A stretch of 64,000 bases of DNA from Spirochaetales bacterium (lineage in GTDB: Bacteria > Spirochaetota > Spirochaetia > JABEVK01): NCBI GenBank assembly GCA_037142615.1, contig JBAXAI010000007.1, forward strand, positions 80,150-144,149, in the 5' to 3' direction. The notes below the pieces were generated by a model. It did not search any database. It was not told where the DNA came from and saw nothing but the letters and a program-made list of their open reading frames with translations. The translations under genes were made by a program, and so were the position numbers. Shown piece after piece: positions 47,822 to 56,740 of the stretch; position 1 is the first letter of the stretch, and every line of letters begins with the position of its first letter.

Positions 47822-50383
47822 ATGATCGAGTTCAAGGCCTTTTTGTTGCGTTTTAGTGATGGCCTGCTGTTCCTGCTTCCTGTGGCGGTCGTGACGGGGG
47901 TACTGGCACTCTTGTTTTCGTCGGGCCCTGTTTCGGAGTTCCTCGGGGGCAGCCTGACGACCCCTCGCAACTTTCAGTTTCCGGTCGCGGTCGATTTTGA
48001 CAAGAACGACAACCTGTATGTCATCGACACCAACTCCCGCCGTATTTTGAGCTTCACCCAGGCGAGCAAGGAGCGCTGGGCGCTCGAAGGTGGCAAGCGC
48101 ACCGGCGGCTTTTTTGAGTCGTACCGTTTGGCGGCCAAGCCAGCGGGCGGAGTTCTGGTGTACAACGCCCTCCTTGACCCCGACGACAGCAGCCTCGAGG
48201 CCGAGGAAATCCTGTCCTTCGGTGACGACGGAACGTTGGAAGGTACCCTGGTTCGCTCGTCCTACCCCAAGGAGCAGCGCGGGATCGACAACGAGCGCAT
48301 CGGGGCGTTCCAGGTGCAGGGCGATTCGTTGTGGTACCTGTTCAAAGACCGAGGGCAACTGGTGCTCCGGGAAAGGCCCCTGGCCATGGGAGGCTCCACC
48401 GAACCTTCCGAGCACAGGGCGGTTTTCAGCGTTGCACTGCCACCGACGCTCGATTATGTCACGGCCGTACCTCACCTGCCCGAAGGTCTGGTCCTCACCG
48501 CGAGCACCGGAGAAGTCTACCTTCTGAACTCCGCAGGGCAGCTAAGTGTCCCGCCTTTTGCGTCCAGCGGCGTTTTGCAGAAGCCGTGGGACATCAAAGC
48601 CGCCCCTGACGGCAGCCTGTACTTCCTCGATGTATTGGGCTGTTCGGTGTGGAAAGCGGCTTCGCTCGAGGCCAGTACCCTGGAGCAGGTGTTCGGTCAG
48701 AACGACGTGCTCAAAACCGGGCGCAGCCGGACTTCCTTCGAAAGCGTCGGCGCAGGCCCGTCGGGAACCGTGGGCCTTGTCGACAAGTTTAACCAGTCGG
48801 TGTTCGTCAGGAAGGCCGATGGGACAACGCAGGTAGTTTCGGGCTGGTCGAAGACCGCTTGGGAGCAGATTTGGGACCTCACCTGGCTGGCCGTCGCCTT
48901 TGTTTTTGTAGTCAGCGGTATCTGGACAGTCGTGGGCCTGCTAAGGCGGTTCCTGGCAACCCGAACCTCGATTATTGTGAAGCAAGTCGCGCTCCTGTTG
49001 CCGCTGGTGATCGCGAGCGCCTACATCGGCACGGTGAGCATATTCCAACTGCTCGACGACCTTTACCAGAAAGAACTCAAGACCAAACTGATGTTTATTG
49101 CCACGGTCGGAGCACGGGCCGTGGACGGAAGTCTCGTCGGTGCGATTAACAAGGCCTCGGACTTTCAGCAAGCGGCCCACGTGCAGTTGCAGCAACAGGT
49201 CAATGCCTTGCTCAATTCCCGGGCCGACCCGTGGAACGAAGCCCTCCATTCGGTGGTGTACAAGTACCTGAACGACGAGTTCTACCTCGTGAAGACCTCG
49301 AGCCTTTATTACGGCGTCATGTACCCCTACGGGGGTGCTTCCCGCGAGCACTTTGCAGCCGCTCGAAGCGGAAAGGTGCAGTTCACCCGCCACGCCGACG
49401 AACACGGCGCCTACCTGAGCGCGCTGGCGCCACTCACAGGTAAGGATGGCCTTATTACTGGTCTGCTGGAGATTTACCACAACGACAACACCAGCCGCGA
49501 AATGGCTTACTCGTACAACGAGAACCTATTCAAGGGCATCGTCTTTTCGGTGCTCATGGTGCTTTTGCTGCTCATTGTCAGCGATGTGCTGATCTTCCTG
49601 GCGCTCGGCTACCTGCAGCAGGCCAGCGAAAAGTTGACCCGGGGCAAGTTGGGCATCACAGTCAGGGTTCGCCACCACCAGTTGAGCGGCGATCCGGCTT
49701 TCGAGGTCAGCACGATGAGCCCACGGCAGATGGAATACTTCGGCCTCCTCAAAGAAGTGCGGGATGCGAACGCCCGCTTCCTGCCCAGCGAGTTGCTTGA
49801 TCTTTTGGGCAAGGAGAGCCTGGCCGACGTCGAGATCGGCGACCAGATCAAGCGGAAGGTCACACTGTTCTTTGCGGATATCCGCAACTTCGCTTCTCTT
49901 TCGGACGGGATGACACCAAAAGAAAACTTTGACTTCATCAACTCCTACCTCAGCGTGATCGGATCCGTAATACGCCGAAATGGGGGCTTTATCGAGCACC
50001 ACCTGGGCGACGCCATCATGGCCCTCTTCCCCGAGAAACCCGAAGACGCGGTCAAGGCGGGCCTCGAAATGCGCGAAGTTCTGGCCGGCTTCAACCGGCA
50101 GCGCCAAGAAACCGGGCAAGTTGCCATCACCTTTGGAGTGGGGCTTCACTGCGAGGAAATCCTCCTGGCCGTTGTGGGTGAAGGCGACCGTCTGGCCGCG
50201 ACGATCATTTCGGACGCCGTTGACCTGGTCAACCGACTCGAGGCTGCCACACAGGGCTACCACGCAGGCTTGGTGATGTCGGAACCGGTATGGCGGGCCC
50301 TGCCGGGCGAACTTCGGGCGCAAAGTCCGGCCGTGGGAACCATCGAGTACAACGAGGAAACGCTGGTGGTGCACGGCCTGTAG
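47822..50383 (+). CDS. Membrane class III nucleotide cyclase-like protein (same architecture; has both Asp, lacks K, N and KG)
   Basis: FPVAVDFDKNDNLYVID NHL repeats; TMs; cyclase FFADIRNF / IEHHLGDAIM / SDAVDLVNRLE; no KG motif. Confidence 0.88.
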   Translation: MIEFKAFLLRFSDGLLFLLPVAVVTGVLALLFSSGPVSEFLGGSLTTPRNFQFPVAVDFDKNDNLYVIDTNSRRILSFTQASKERWALEGGKRTGGFFESYRLAAKPAGGVLVYNALLDPDDSSLEAEEILSFGDDGTLEGTLVRSSYPKEQRGIDNERIGAFQVQGDSLWYLFKDRGQLVLRERPLAMGGSTEPSEHRAVFSVALPPTLDYVTAVPHLPEGLVLTASTGEVYLLNSAGQLSVPPFASSGVLQKPWDIKAAPDGSLYFLDVLGCSVWKAASLEASTLEQVFGQNDVLKTGRSRTSFESVGAGPSGTVGLVDKFNQSVFVRKADGTTQVVSGWSKTAWEQIWDLTWLAVAFVFVVSGIWTVVGLLRRFLATRTSIIVKQVALLLPLVIASAYIGTVSIFQLLDDLYQKELKTKLMFIATVGARAVDGSLVGAINKASDFQQAAHVQLQQQVNALLNSRADPWNEALHSVVYKYLNDEFYLVKTSSLYYGVMYPYGGASREHFAAARSGKVQFTRHADEHGAYLSALAPLTGKDGLITGLLEIYHNDNTSREMAYSYNENLFKGIVFSVLMVLLLLIVSDVLIFLALGYLQQASEKLTRGKLGITVRVRHHQLSGDPAFEVSTMSPRQMEYFGLLKEVRDANARFLPSELLDLLGKESLADVEIGDQIKRKVTLFFADIRNFASLSDGMTPKENFDFINSYLSVIGSVIRRNGGFIEHHLGDAIMALFPEKPEDAVKAGLEMREVLAGFNRQRQETGQVAITFGVGLHCEEILLAVVGEGDRLAATIISDAVDLVNRLEAATQGYHAGLVMSEPVWRALPGELRAQSPAVGTIEYNEETLVVHGL

Positions 50384-50467
50384 TGAGGCCCGTTTGCGGC
50401 GCAGTGGGAACTCCCCCCCCTTCCTTTCCCCCGAGATTACCGCAATACTGAAGGTGGAGTTCTCAAC

Positions 50468-51670
50468 ATGAAACTTGCGCTTTGTTTTATCGCCTTCGCC
50501 GTTGTCTTGGCGTCTTGCGGTCCCTCGACGCCGGTTGCCTCGAGTTCCTCCGCTGGGAATCCCTCCGATGCCGTGGCCTCACCTCGCAACCATCCCGAGG
50601 GCCGCCCATTCCGGGTTGCCGTTGTGCAGAGCGGAGACTATTACTCTTATAACCGCGTGCTCGCCAGCATCCATGGGGGGTTGGCTGATCTGGGTTGGAC
50701 GACAGAGGATTCCTCTCCCCTCGGAGCCAACGGAACCATCCCTCAGATGCTCGCCCGCTGGAAACTGGCGTCCGGGAATGTCGGCTTTGACCCCGCGCTT
50801 TTTGTCGACCTGAAGTTCACGGAGGATTCGACGCTCCCTCCGGCACTGTTGGCGTTGCTCAATGGCTCGAGCGGCGCGGATCTGGTCATTTCACTCGGTA
50901 CCATAGCCGGCAAGTTCTGCGCCCAAGCGGCCAAGGCGGGCGAGCTCAAGGTCCCCGTCTTGATTGAAAGTGTTTCGGACCCCATTGTCTCGGGGATCAT
51001 CACCTCGGTGGAAGACTCGGGTTACGATCTCCTGACGGCTAGCCTTGACCCCGACCAGGACGAACGGCAGGTGAGGTTGTTCCAGCGGGTCATTCAGTTC
51101 AAGCACCTGGGGCTCATTTACACCGACACCGACACAGGCCGAACCTACGCGGCCCTCGCTGTCGTCACCAGGCTGGCCAGCGAACTCGGCTTTGAGATCG
51201 TCGCCGATATGGACGTGCTGGAAGACCCGCCGGACGAGAAAGACATCCCCAAGGCAGAGGCGGCCTTTGTCCAAGCCTTCGAGCGGCTCGCAAAAAAGAA
51301 GGTCGATGCTGTTTATCTCGCTATTCAGGCAGGATTAACTTCCAAGTCGATGCCGGCGATCGCCGCCCTGTCGGAACAGTATAAGATTCCGACCTTTGCC
51401 ATGGAGGGCGTTGACTTTGTCCGCCTGGGTGCGCTGATGGGTGAGTCGGGCGATTTGCTGACCCTGGAAGGCCTCAATAGTGCGCGCAAACTCACCCGCG
51501 TTCTGGCCGGGGCGATACCGCGGTCTTTGCCGCAGGCCAATCCCCACCTGCCGCACGTCATTCTCAACCAGGCGACGGCCAAAGCCATAGGCTTTGCTTT
51601 TCCAGTGGACATGTTGCTGGCCGCAGACGAGGTAATTACCCAAAACCAACCCCGCAGGAAGGCACCCTGA
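50468..51670 (+). CDS. ABC-type substrate-binding lipoprotein (ABC_sub_bind-like)
   Basis: Lipobox LAS-C; ADLVISLGT, VSDPIVSGII, KIPTF, LNQATAKAIG; no permease or ATPase nearby. Confidence 0.85.
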   Translation: MKLALCFIAFAVVLASCGPSTPVASSSSAGNPSDAVASPRNHPEGRPFRVAVVQSGDYYSYNRVLASIHGGLADLGWTTEDSSPLGANGTIPQMLARWKLASGNVGFDPALFVDLKFTEDSTLPPALLALLNGSSGADLVISLGTIAGKFCAQAAKAGELKVPVLIESVSDPIVSGIITSVEDSGYDLLTASLDPDQDERQVRLFQRVIQFKHLGLIYTDTDTGRTYAALAVVTRLASELGFEIVADMDVLEDPPDEKDIPKAEAAFVQAFERLAKKKVDAVYLAIQAGLTSKSMPAIAALSEQYKIPTFAMEGVDFVRLGALMGESGDLLTLEGLNSARKLTRVLAGAIPRSLPQANPHLPHVILNQATAKAIGFAFPVDMLLAADEVITQNQPRRKAP

Positions 51671-51778
51671 ACTCGGCGTGGCCCCTTCCCTGCAGCGACT
51701 TCCACCTTGATTGAAGCTGGTAGTACTATCAGAAACGCCATCGTCGAACTATAATGGTGTCAAATCGGAGGGGCCGTA

Positions 51779-52285
51779 TTGGAAAAGCACAGCAAAGGTT
51801 TGAAGATCGAAGTCGGCCTGAACGCCGGCGATTTCCTCTTGGAGTGGAAGCGCAGCGCCCTTGTCGCCAACTACTTGGCAGACTTCATGGCCTACGAATA
51901 CCCGCACCGTGAGATGGCCGAAAACCTGATTTCAACCGTGCTCAACGAGCTTATCGAGGCTGCCTACCGTCTGGCCGTCGATCGAAGTCCTCTGCAGCTT
52001 TTGCTCCGAACCGAAGACGGGCATCTGATTATCGCCTTGGACCATCAGTGTCAGCCCGGACTGTCGAGCACCTACCGGGAGTTCGTTGGACAGTTGGTTC
52101 AAGGTTCGGACGGTCCCTTGTACTTTCAGTTGCTCGAGGCCGAAACCCGCCCGGAACCGTTGTTCAATCAATTTGGCTTAGCGATGATCGCGCACGATTT
52201 TTCCGGGCAGATTACGGTCGAGGATCTTGGAACCACCCAGCTACGCACCACCATCGATTTGCCCACAAAGGAACTCTCCGCATGA
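51779..52285 (+). CDS. Degenerate SiaB/Slr1658-like GHKL (anti-sigma-type) kinase homologue
   Basis: Paralogous to 55785-56363 (W.R....A.F...ISTVLNELIE...GL..I..DF) but with N-box Asn and Gly-rich lid missing; TTG start after GGAGG. Confidence 0.65.
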   Translation: MEKHSKGLKIEVGLNAGDFLLEWKRSALVANYLADFMAYEYPHREMAENLISTVLNELIEAAYRLAVDRSPLQLLLRTEDGHLIIALDHQCQPGLSSTYREFVGQLVQGSDGPLYFQLLEAETRPEPLFNQFGLAMIAHDFSGQITVEDLGTTQLRTTIDLPTKELSA

Positions 52286-53466
52286 AACTCAAGTCCGGTT
52301 CCTGCACGCTCACCTTTGACCTTCTTGATCAACAGATCGATTTCGAGGGTACGTTCCGGCCCGAATCCGCCGCCGACGCGAAGGACGTTTTCGAATACCT
52401 GACCAAGAAGCATGGGCAAGTCCGCGGCGTGTTCCGCCTCAACTTCCGCCGCCTTCGCTACATCAACGCCGAGGGCGTCTATGCGCTCGCCCGCTTCATC
52501 CGCCACGCGAAGGAAGCAACCGAGGCCCAGCGTAGGTCTGGCTCCATCCAACTCATCGCCTCGGCGGTGTTGGCTTGGACCGAGCACGTCTTGCCCAACC
52601 TGACCAGACTCTGGGACAAAGTTGAGTTTCAGGTGCACGACCGTAACTTCTACGGTAGTCAGGGTCTGATCGAGGACCTGGAGTTCATCCCGTTGCTCCG
52701 TAACCAGACCCGCATCCTGTGGCCCCTCGAAAAAGAGGTCCTCCGCCGTCATGGGCTTGAACGAGGCATGCGGGTTGCCGACGTTTGCTGTGGTTGCGGC
52801 GATGTTCCCTTGCTGGTGGCCCGGGAGTTTCACCCGAGTTTCATTACGGGTATCGACCATTCGGAAGCTGCCATGGTCTACGCTCGCCAACTTCAAGACG
52901 ATTTTGGCGTGTCCAACGCCGAGTTTCAGCGGGGCGACGCGACGGCGCTCATGCTTGCCGACGACAGTTTCGACTTTGTGACTTGCCGACTGAGCCTCCA
53001 AATCTTCTCGAAGCCCGAGCAGATCCTGAGCGAGCTGATCCGAATCACCAAGCCCGGCGGCCGTATTTACACGCTGTGTGAGGACTACGACCTGATCGTC
53101 GGCTACCCTGAAAGGAACTCCATCCGCCACACCTACGAGAAGGCAACCGAGTACGGCGAAGCCCTGGGCATGGACCTGATCAGCGGCAAGAAACTCTACG
53201 GCATGTTGACCCGCGCCCGCCTGGAAGACGTCCGCGCCGAGCACATCATGGTCGACACCGCCAATACCTCCCGCCCCGACTTTGCCAAGGTGATCGAGAG
53301 CTGGCGTCAATTCTCGGCCTTCAGCATTGGCGATCAACTGAAGCTAGGCGACGAGGACCGCGCTCGGCTCCTCGAAGGCTACGACGCACAACTGCGCACG
53401 ATTGCCGATCCCGAGGGCTACACGACTTGGAACATGGTCGCATGCTCGGGCAGGAAACCCCTATGA
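52282..53466 (+). CDS. STAS-like (SiaC/Slr1659-like) domain fused to a class I SAM-dependent methyltransferase
   Basis: N-terminal FEGTFR...LNFRRLRYINAEG...W...LPNLTRLW parallels 56368-56730; C-terminal VADVCCGCG, GIDHS, GDA, SFDFV, KPGG. Confidence 0.85.
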   Translation: MKLKSGSCTLTFDLLDQQIDFEGTFRPESAADAKDVFEYLTKKHGQVRGVFRLNFRRLRYINAEGVYALARFIRHAKEATEAQRRSGSIQLIASAVLAWTEHVLPNLTRLWDKVEFQVHDRNFYGSQGLIEDLEFIPLLRNQTRILWPLEKEVLRRHGLERGMRVADVCCGCGDVPLLVAREFHPSFITGIDHSEAAMVYARQLQDDFGVSNAEFQRGDATALMLADDSFDFVTCRLSLQIFSKPEQILSELIRITKPGGRIYTLCEDYDLIVGYPERNSIRHTYEKATEYGEALGMDLISGKKLYGMLTRARLEDVRAEHIMVDTANTSRPDFAKVIESWRQFSAFSIGDQLKLGDEDRARLLEGYDAQLRTIADPEGYTTWNMVACSGRKPL

Positions 53467-55781
53467 ACAAGTTTTTCAGCCCCATCGCGCGGAGCTTCCG
53501 GCGCAAGCTCATCCTGTTCAATCTGGTGGCTGTCTTCTTCACCGCCATCGCTCTGTTTTCGTACATGATGCTGAACTTCAGCACCATCACGCAGTTCTCG
53601 CTGGCACAAAACAGCCAAAGCATGGAGTCGACTGTCGAAGACTACCTCCAGAAGCTCACCCGCGAGAAGGCGGAATCGACCGGTCTGGCCCTTCAGGCCG
53701 CACAGGACAACTTGACCGTCGTGGGCAAGATGGCCCAAAGCCTGATCGACAACGGCGAGGCTCTGAGGGCCAACCGTGCGCTGCTCGATCTTCCCCTTTT
53801 CGCCACCCCCCTCGAAAGCCGTCACGGTGCCTTGACCAGTCGGGCCACCGACGCTGTCGATACCCTTATTCCGCCGGCGCTGGTCGCCGACCCTGCCGCG
53901 CGTCGAGCCCTCGAAACATCGGCTTTGCTGAATCTGGGACTCAAGCCGGCCTTCGAGGCCAATCGGAACAACGCGTTCCTGTACTTCGTGGGCGTGCCCC
54001 CGGTAACCCGCGCCTACCCGAACATTGACCTTGCCGAAGTGATGGGTGAGGGACTTAACGCCTTGTTCTGGAAGGACTTCTTTGCCGAAAACGTGGCCCA
54101 TTGGACGCGGTGGTATACCGATAAGGCCCTGCAAAAGACGAGCCCCAACCCGGTTACCATGGAGTCACCCTACATCGACGCCGCCGGACAGGGCATGATG
54201 GTCACGATGTTCTATCCCTTGTGGGACGCCAAGAAGAAGGCCTTTGCCGGTGCCGTGGCCGCAGACATCACGCTGTCCAAAATCATCGAGAATACCCTGT
54301 CGATCAAACTGGCCAAGACGGGCTTTGCCTTCCTGATGAATGGTCAGGGCAACATCATCGCCATGCCCGAAAACGGTTACAAGCACTACCAGGTCAATCT
54401 GACCGAAACCAAGCAGGGCTCGTTGTCTTACTACTCGGGGTCCCTGTCCGACTCCAAGTTGGATTCCGTGAAGAAGATGGCTGAAACGCTGCTGATCGGT
54501 CGAACCCAGGAGCAAGGACTGCTCAAGCTCGACTTGGATGGTGATCCGGCAACACCAGACGGCAACATTGTTGTTTGGGCCAACCTTCCTGCCCTGAACG
54601 ACCGGGCTTACGGCCAGGATTCGTGGAAGATTCTGATCAGCGTTCCCGAGACCGAAATCTTTGAAGCGCTCAACGCCACGCATCAGGCCATCAGCCAGGA
54701 AAGCCTGAGCATGTCGTTGATTTCCATCCTGATCCTTGTGGCCTTCCTGATTCTCATCAGCTACGTTTCCTTCAAGGTGGCTGACCGGACGACGCGCGAC
54801 CTTCAACTGCTCGCCGAAGCGGCCAAGCAGGTGAGCGTCAAGAACTATGACATCAGCACCAATCTGACGTCGCTGGACGAGATCGGGCAACTCGGCCGGG
54901 TTTTTGACGGCATGACGCGCGATATCAAGGACTATACCATCCATCTGGAATCCAAGGTGGAAGAGCGTACCGCTGACCTGGTGAAAGCCAACGAGCAGAT
55001 CACCGAGCTTAACGCCCGGCTCAAGGGCGAGAACCTTCGACTGGGTGCCGAACTCGACGTTGCCAGGCGCTTGCAGATGATGGTGCTTCCCGGGGCTGGC
55101 GAGATTTCCTCGATCCCGGGGCTTGATATTGCCTGCTACATGCGGCCGGCCGACGAAGTGGGGGGCGACTACTACGATATCCTGCGCTTCGGTGACACGG
55201 CCTTCATTGGTATCGGCGACGTGACAGGCCACGGACTGTCAGCGGGCGTCATCATGCTGATGGCGCAGACTGCCTTGATGACGCTGTCGCACTCGGGTGA
55301 GACAGATATCTCCCAGATCATGAACGTGCTCAACCGCGTGCTCTACAACAACATCCTGCGAATCCGGGAAGACAAGAACATGACTCTTTCGGTACTTCAG
55401 TACCGAAACGACGTGTTTACTGTTGTTGGTCAGCACGAGTCGGTTCTGGTCTGCCGCGTCGATGGAAGCGTCGAAGAGGTGAATACGATGGATCTGGGCC
55501 TACCGGTAGGCCTGGAAGAAGACATCCGATCGTTTATTGGCACCGAGCAGATCACGCTCCGCAAAGGCGATACCATGGTTCTTTACACCGACGGTGTCAC
55601 CGAAGCTGTGAACCGCTCTGAGGTGCAGTACAGCCTCGAGGGCCTCAAGGTCAGCCTTGCCAGGCACCACAGTTTGCCAGCGGCCGAACAGCTCGACCGG
55701 ATCAACGCCGATTTGGTCGCCTACATCGACGGCTCGAAAATCCACGACGACATTTCGGTCGTGGTGATCAAGAAGGAGTGA
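53463..55781 (+). CDS. Membrane PP2C/SpoIIE-type phosphatase with Cache-like sensor and HAMP
   Basis: 2 TMs; SPYIDAAGQG Cache motif; DEIGQLG HAMP; EVGGDYYD, IGDVTGHG, LYTDGVTEA, DDIS. Confidence 0.93.
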   Translation: MNKFFSPIARSFRRKLILFNLVAVFFTAIALFSYMMLNFSTITQFSLAQNSQSMESTVEDYLQKLTREKAESTGLALQAAQDNLTVVGKMAQSLIDNGEALRANRALLDLPLFATPLESRHGALTSRATDAVDTLIPPALVADPAARRALETSALLNLGLKPAFEANRNNAFLYFVGVPPVTRAYPNIDLAEVMGEGLNALFWKDFFAENVAHWTRWYTDKALQKTSPNPVTMESPYIDAAGQGMMVTMFYPLWDAKKKAFAGAVAADITLSKIIENTLSIKLAKTGFAFLMNGQGNIIAMPENGYKHYQVNLTETKQGSLSYYSGSLSDSKLDSVKKMAETLLIGRTQEQGLLKLDLDGDPATPDGNIVVWANLPALNDRAYGQDSWKILISVPETEIFEALNATHQAISQESLSMSLISILILVAFLILISYVSFKVADRTTRDLQLLAEAAKQVSVKNYDISTNLTSLDEIGQLGRVFDGMTRDIKDYTIHLESKVEERTADLVKANEQITELNARLKGENLRLGAELDVARRLQMMVLPGAGEISSIPGLDIACYMRPADEVGGDYYDILRFGDTAFIGIGDVTGHGLSAGVIMLMAQTALMTLSHSGETDISQIMNVLNRVLYNNILRIREDKNMTLSVLQYRNDVFTVVGQHESVLVCRVDGSVEEVNTMDLGLPVGLEEDIRSFIGTEQITLRKGDTMVLYTDGVTEAVNRSEVQYSLEGLKVSLARHHSLPAAEQLDRINADLVAYIDGSKIHDDISVVVIKKE

Positions 55782-55784
55782 GTC

Positions 55785-56363
55785 TTGACTGAATCTTCCA
55801 AGCAGTACGGCGAGTTCACGGGCTCCGATCAGCTTGCCCTTGGCGTCCACAGAAGCCTGAGGCTGGATGCCTCGGACCTCAAAGCCTTTTGGCGGCGGTG
55901 CAGCATGACCGCTGACTTTTGGTCTCGTTATGGGAGCCTTTCGGTCCCGTCCCGGCCTTCGAGCGGCTGGCTGAACCGGGATGCGGCCTTTCAAGTGATT
56001 GCGTATCTGCTCAACGAACTGTTTGAGAACTGTGCCAAGTTCACCGCCGGCCCGCTGACCGGAGTCTTGTTCGACGTCTGGGAGCTAGAAGACCGAATTG
56101 TGTACCGCGTGAGCAACCACATCCGACCCAATGATGTACAAGCGTTCGTTAACGTGGTAAAAGAAATGTTGGACGGCGACCTTGAAGAGCTCTATTTCAA
56201 AAAACTCGAAGAGAACGCGGAGTCTGGTGAAGGTGGCTCTGGCTTGGGTTATCTCACGCTGATGAAAGACTATGGCGTCCGGTTTGGCTTCGCCTTCGAG
56301 CCGTTGAATGCCGAGAGCGTTCTGGTCCATGTTCAGGCGTTGGTGAGCAAGAAGGAGATTTGA
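55785..56363 (+). CDS. SiaB/Slr1658-like GHKL serine kinase (anti-sigma-factor type)
   Basis: N-box LLNELFENCAKF and G-box GGSGLGYLTLMKDY; between a PP2C phosphatase and a STAS-like gene. Confidence 0.8.
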   Translation: MTESSKQYGEFTGSDQLALGVHRSLRLDASDLKAFWRRCSMTADFWSRYGSLSVPSRPSSGWLNRDAAFQVIAYLLNELFENCAKFTAGPLTGVLFDVWELEDRIVYRVSNHIRPNDVQAFVNVVKEMLDGDLEELYFKKLEENAESGEGGSGLGYLTLMKDYGVRFGFAFEPLNAESVLVHVQALVSKKEI

Positions 56364-56367
56364 GAGC

Positions 56368-56730
56368 ATGTCTACCGAAGTCATTAAGGGCGACGACTAC
56401 AGCGTCGAGTATCATCCTACTACCTCGCAGCTTTTTTTCCGGGGGACAATCCGTCTACAGACCACCGAGGACTATGTTCCCGTGATGGAGCTGATGCAGA
56501 AAGCTCACGCCGGCTGCGCCGAAGGTGGTACCAATCTCATCATGGACTTCAGCCACCTCGAGTTTCTTAACAGCTCGGGCATCAATGCCATCAGCAAGTT
56601 CGTGATCGCGACTCGCAAAGAGGCCAAAATCTGTATTGACGTCCTCGGAAACAAGGATATTTACTGGCAGCAAAAGTCACTGCAGAACCTCCAGAAGCTC
56701 TGGGCCAAAGTCACCATCACCATAAGCTGA
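56368..56730 (+). CDS. STAS-like phosphoacceptor (SiaC/Slr1659-like)
   Basis: MDFSHLEFLNSSGINAISKF matches the STAS/anti-anti-sigma phosphoserine loop; WQQKSLQNLQKL. Confidence 0.85.
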   Translation: MSTEVIKGDDYSVEYHPTTSQLFFRGTIRLQTTEDYVPVMELMQKAHAGCAEGGTNLIMDFSHLEFLNSSGINAISKFVIATRKEAKICIDVLGNKDIYWQQKSLQNLQKLWAKVTITIS

Positions 56731-56740
56731 GGAGGACCCC

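Noticed and set aside
45103-50383. Interpretation of the two cyclase genes as decaying pseudogenes
   Set aside because: Both frames are intact over 850-900 codons and the losses are reciprocal rather than random.
52048-52281. 78-aa N-terminal extension of the STAS-methyltransferase, and similar extensions given for cheA, tig, fliS, flgN and lon
   Set aside because: The extensions overlap upstream genes or regulatory DNA; downstream starts have SD sequences or stop/start coupling.
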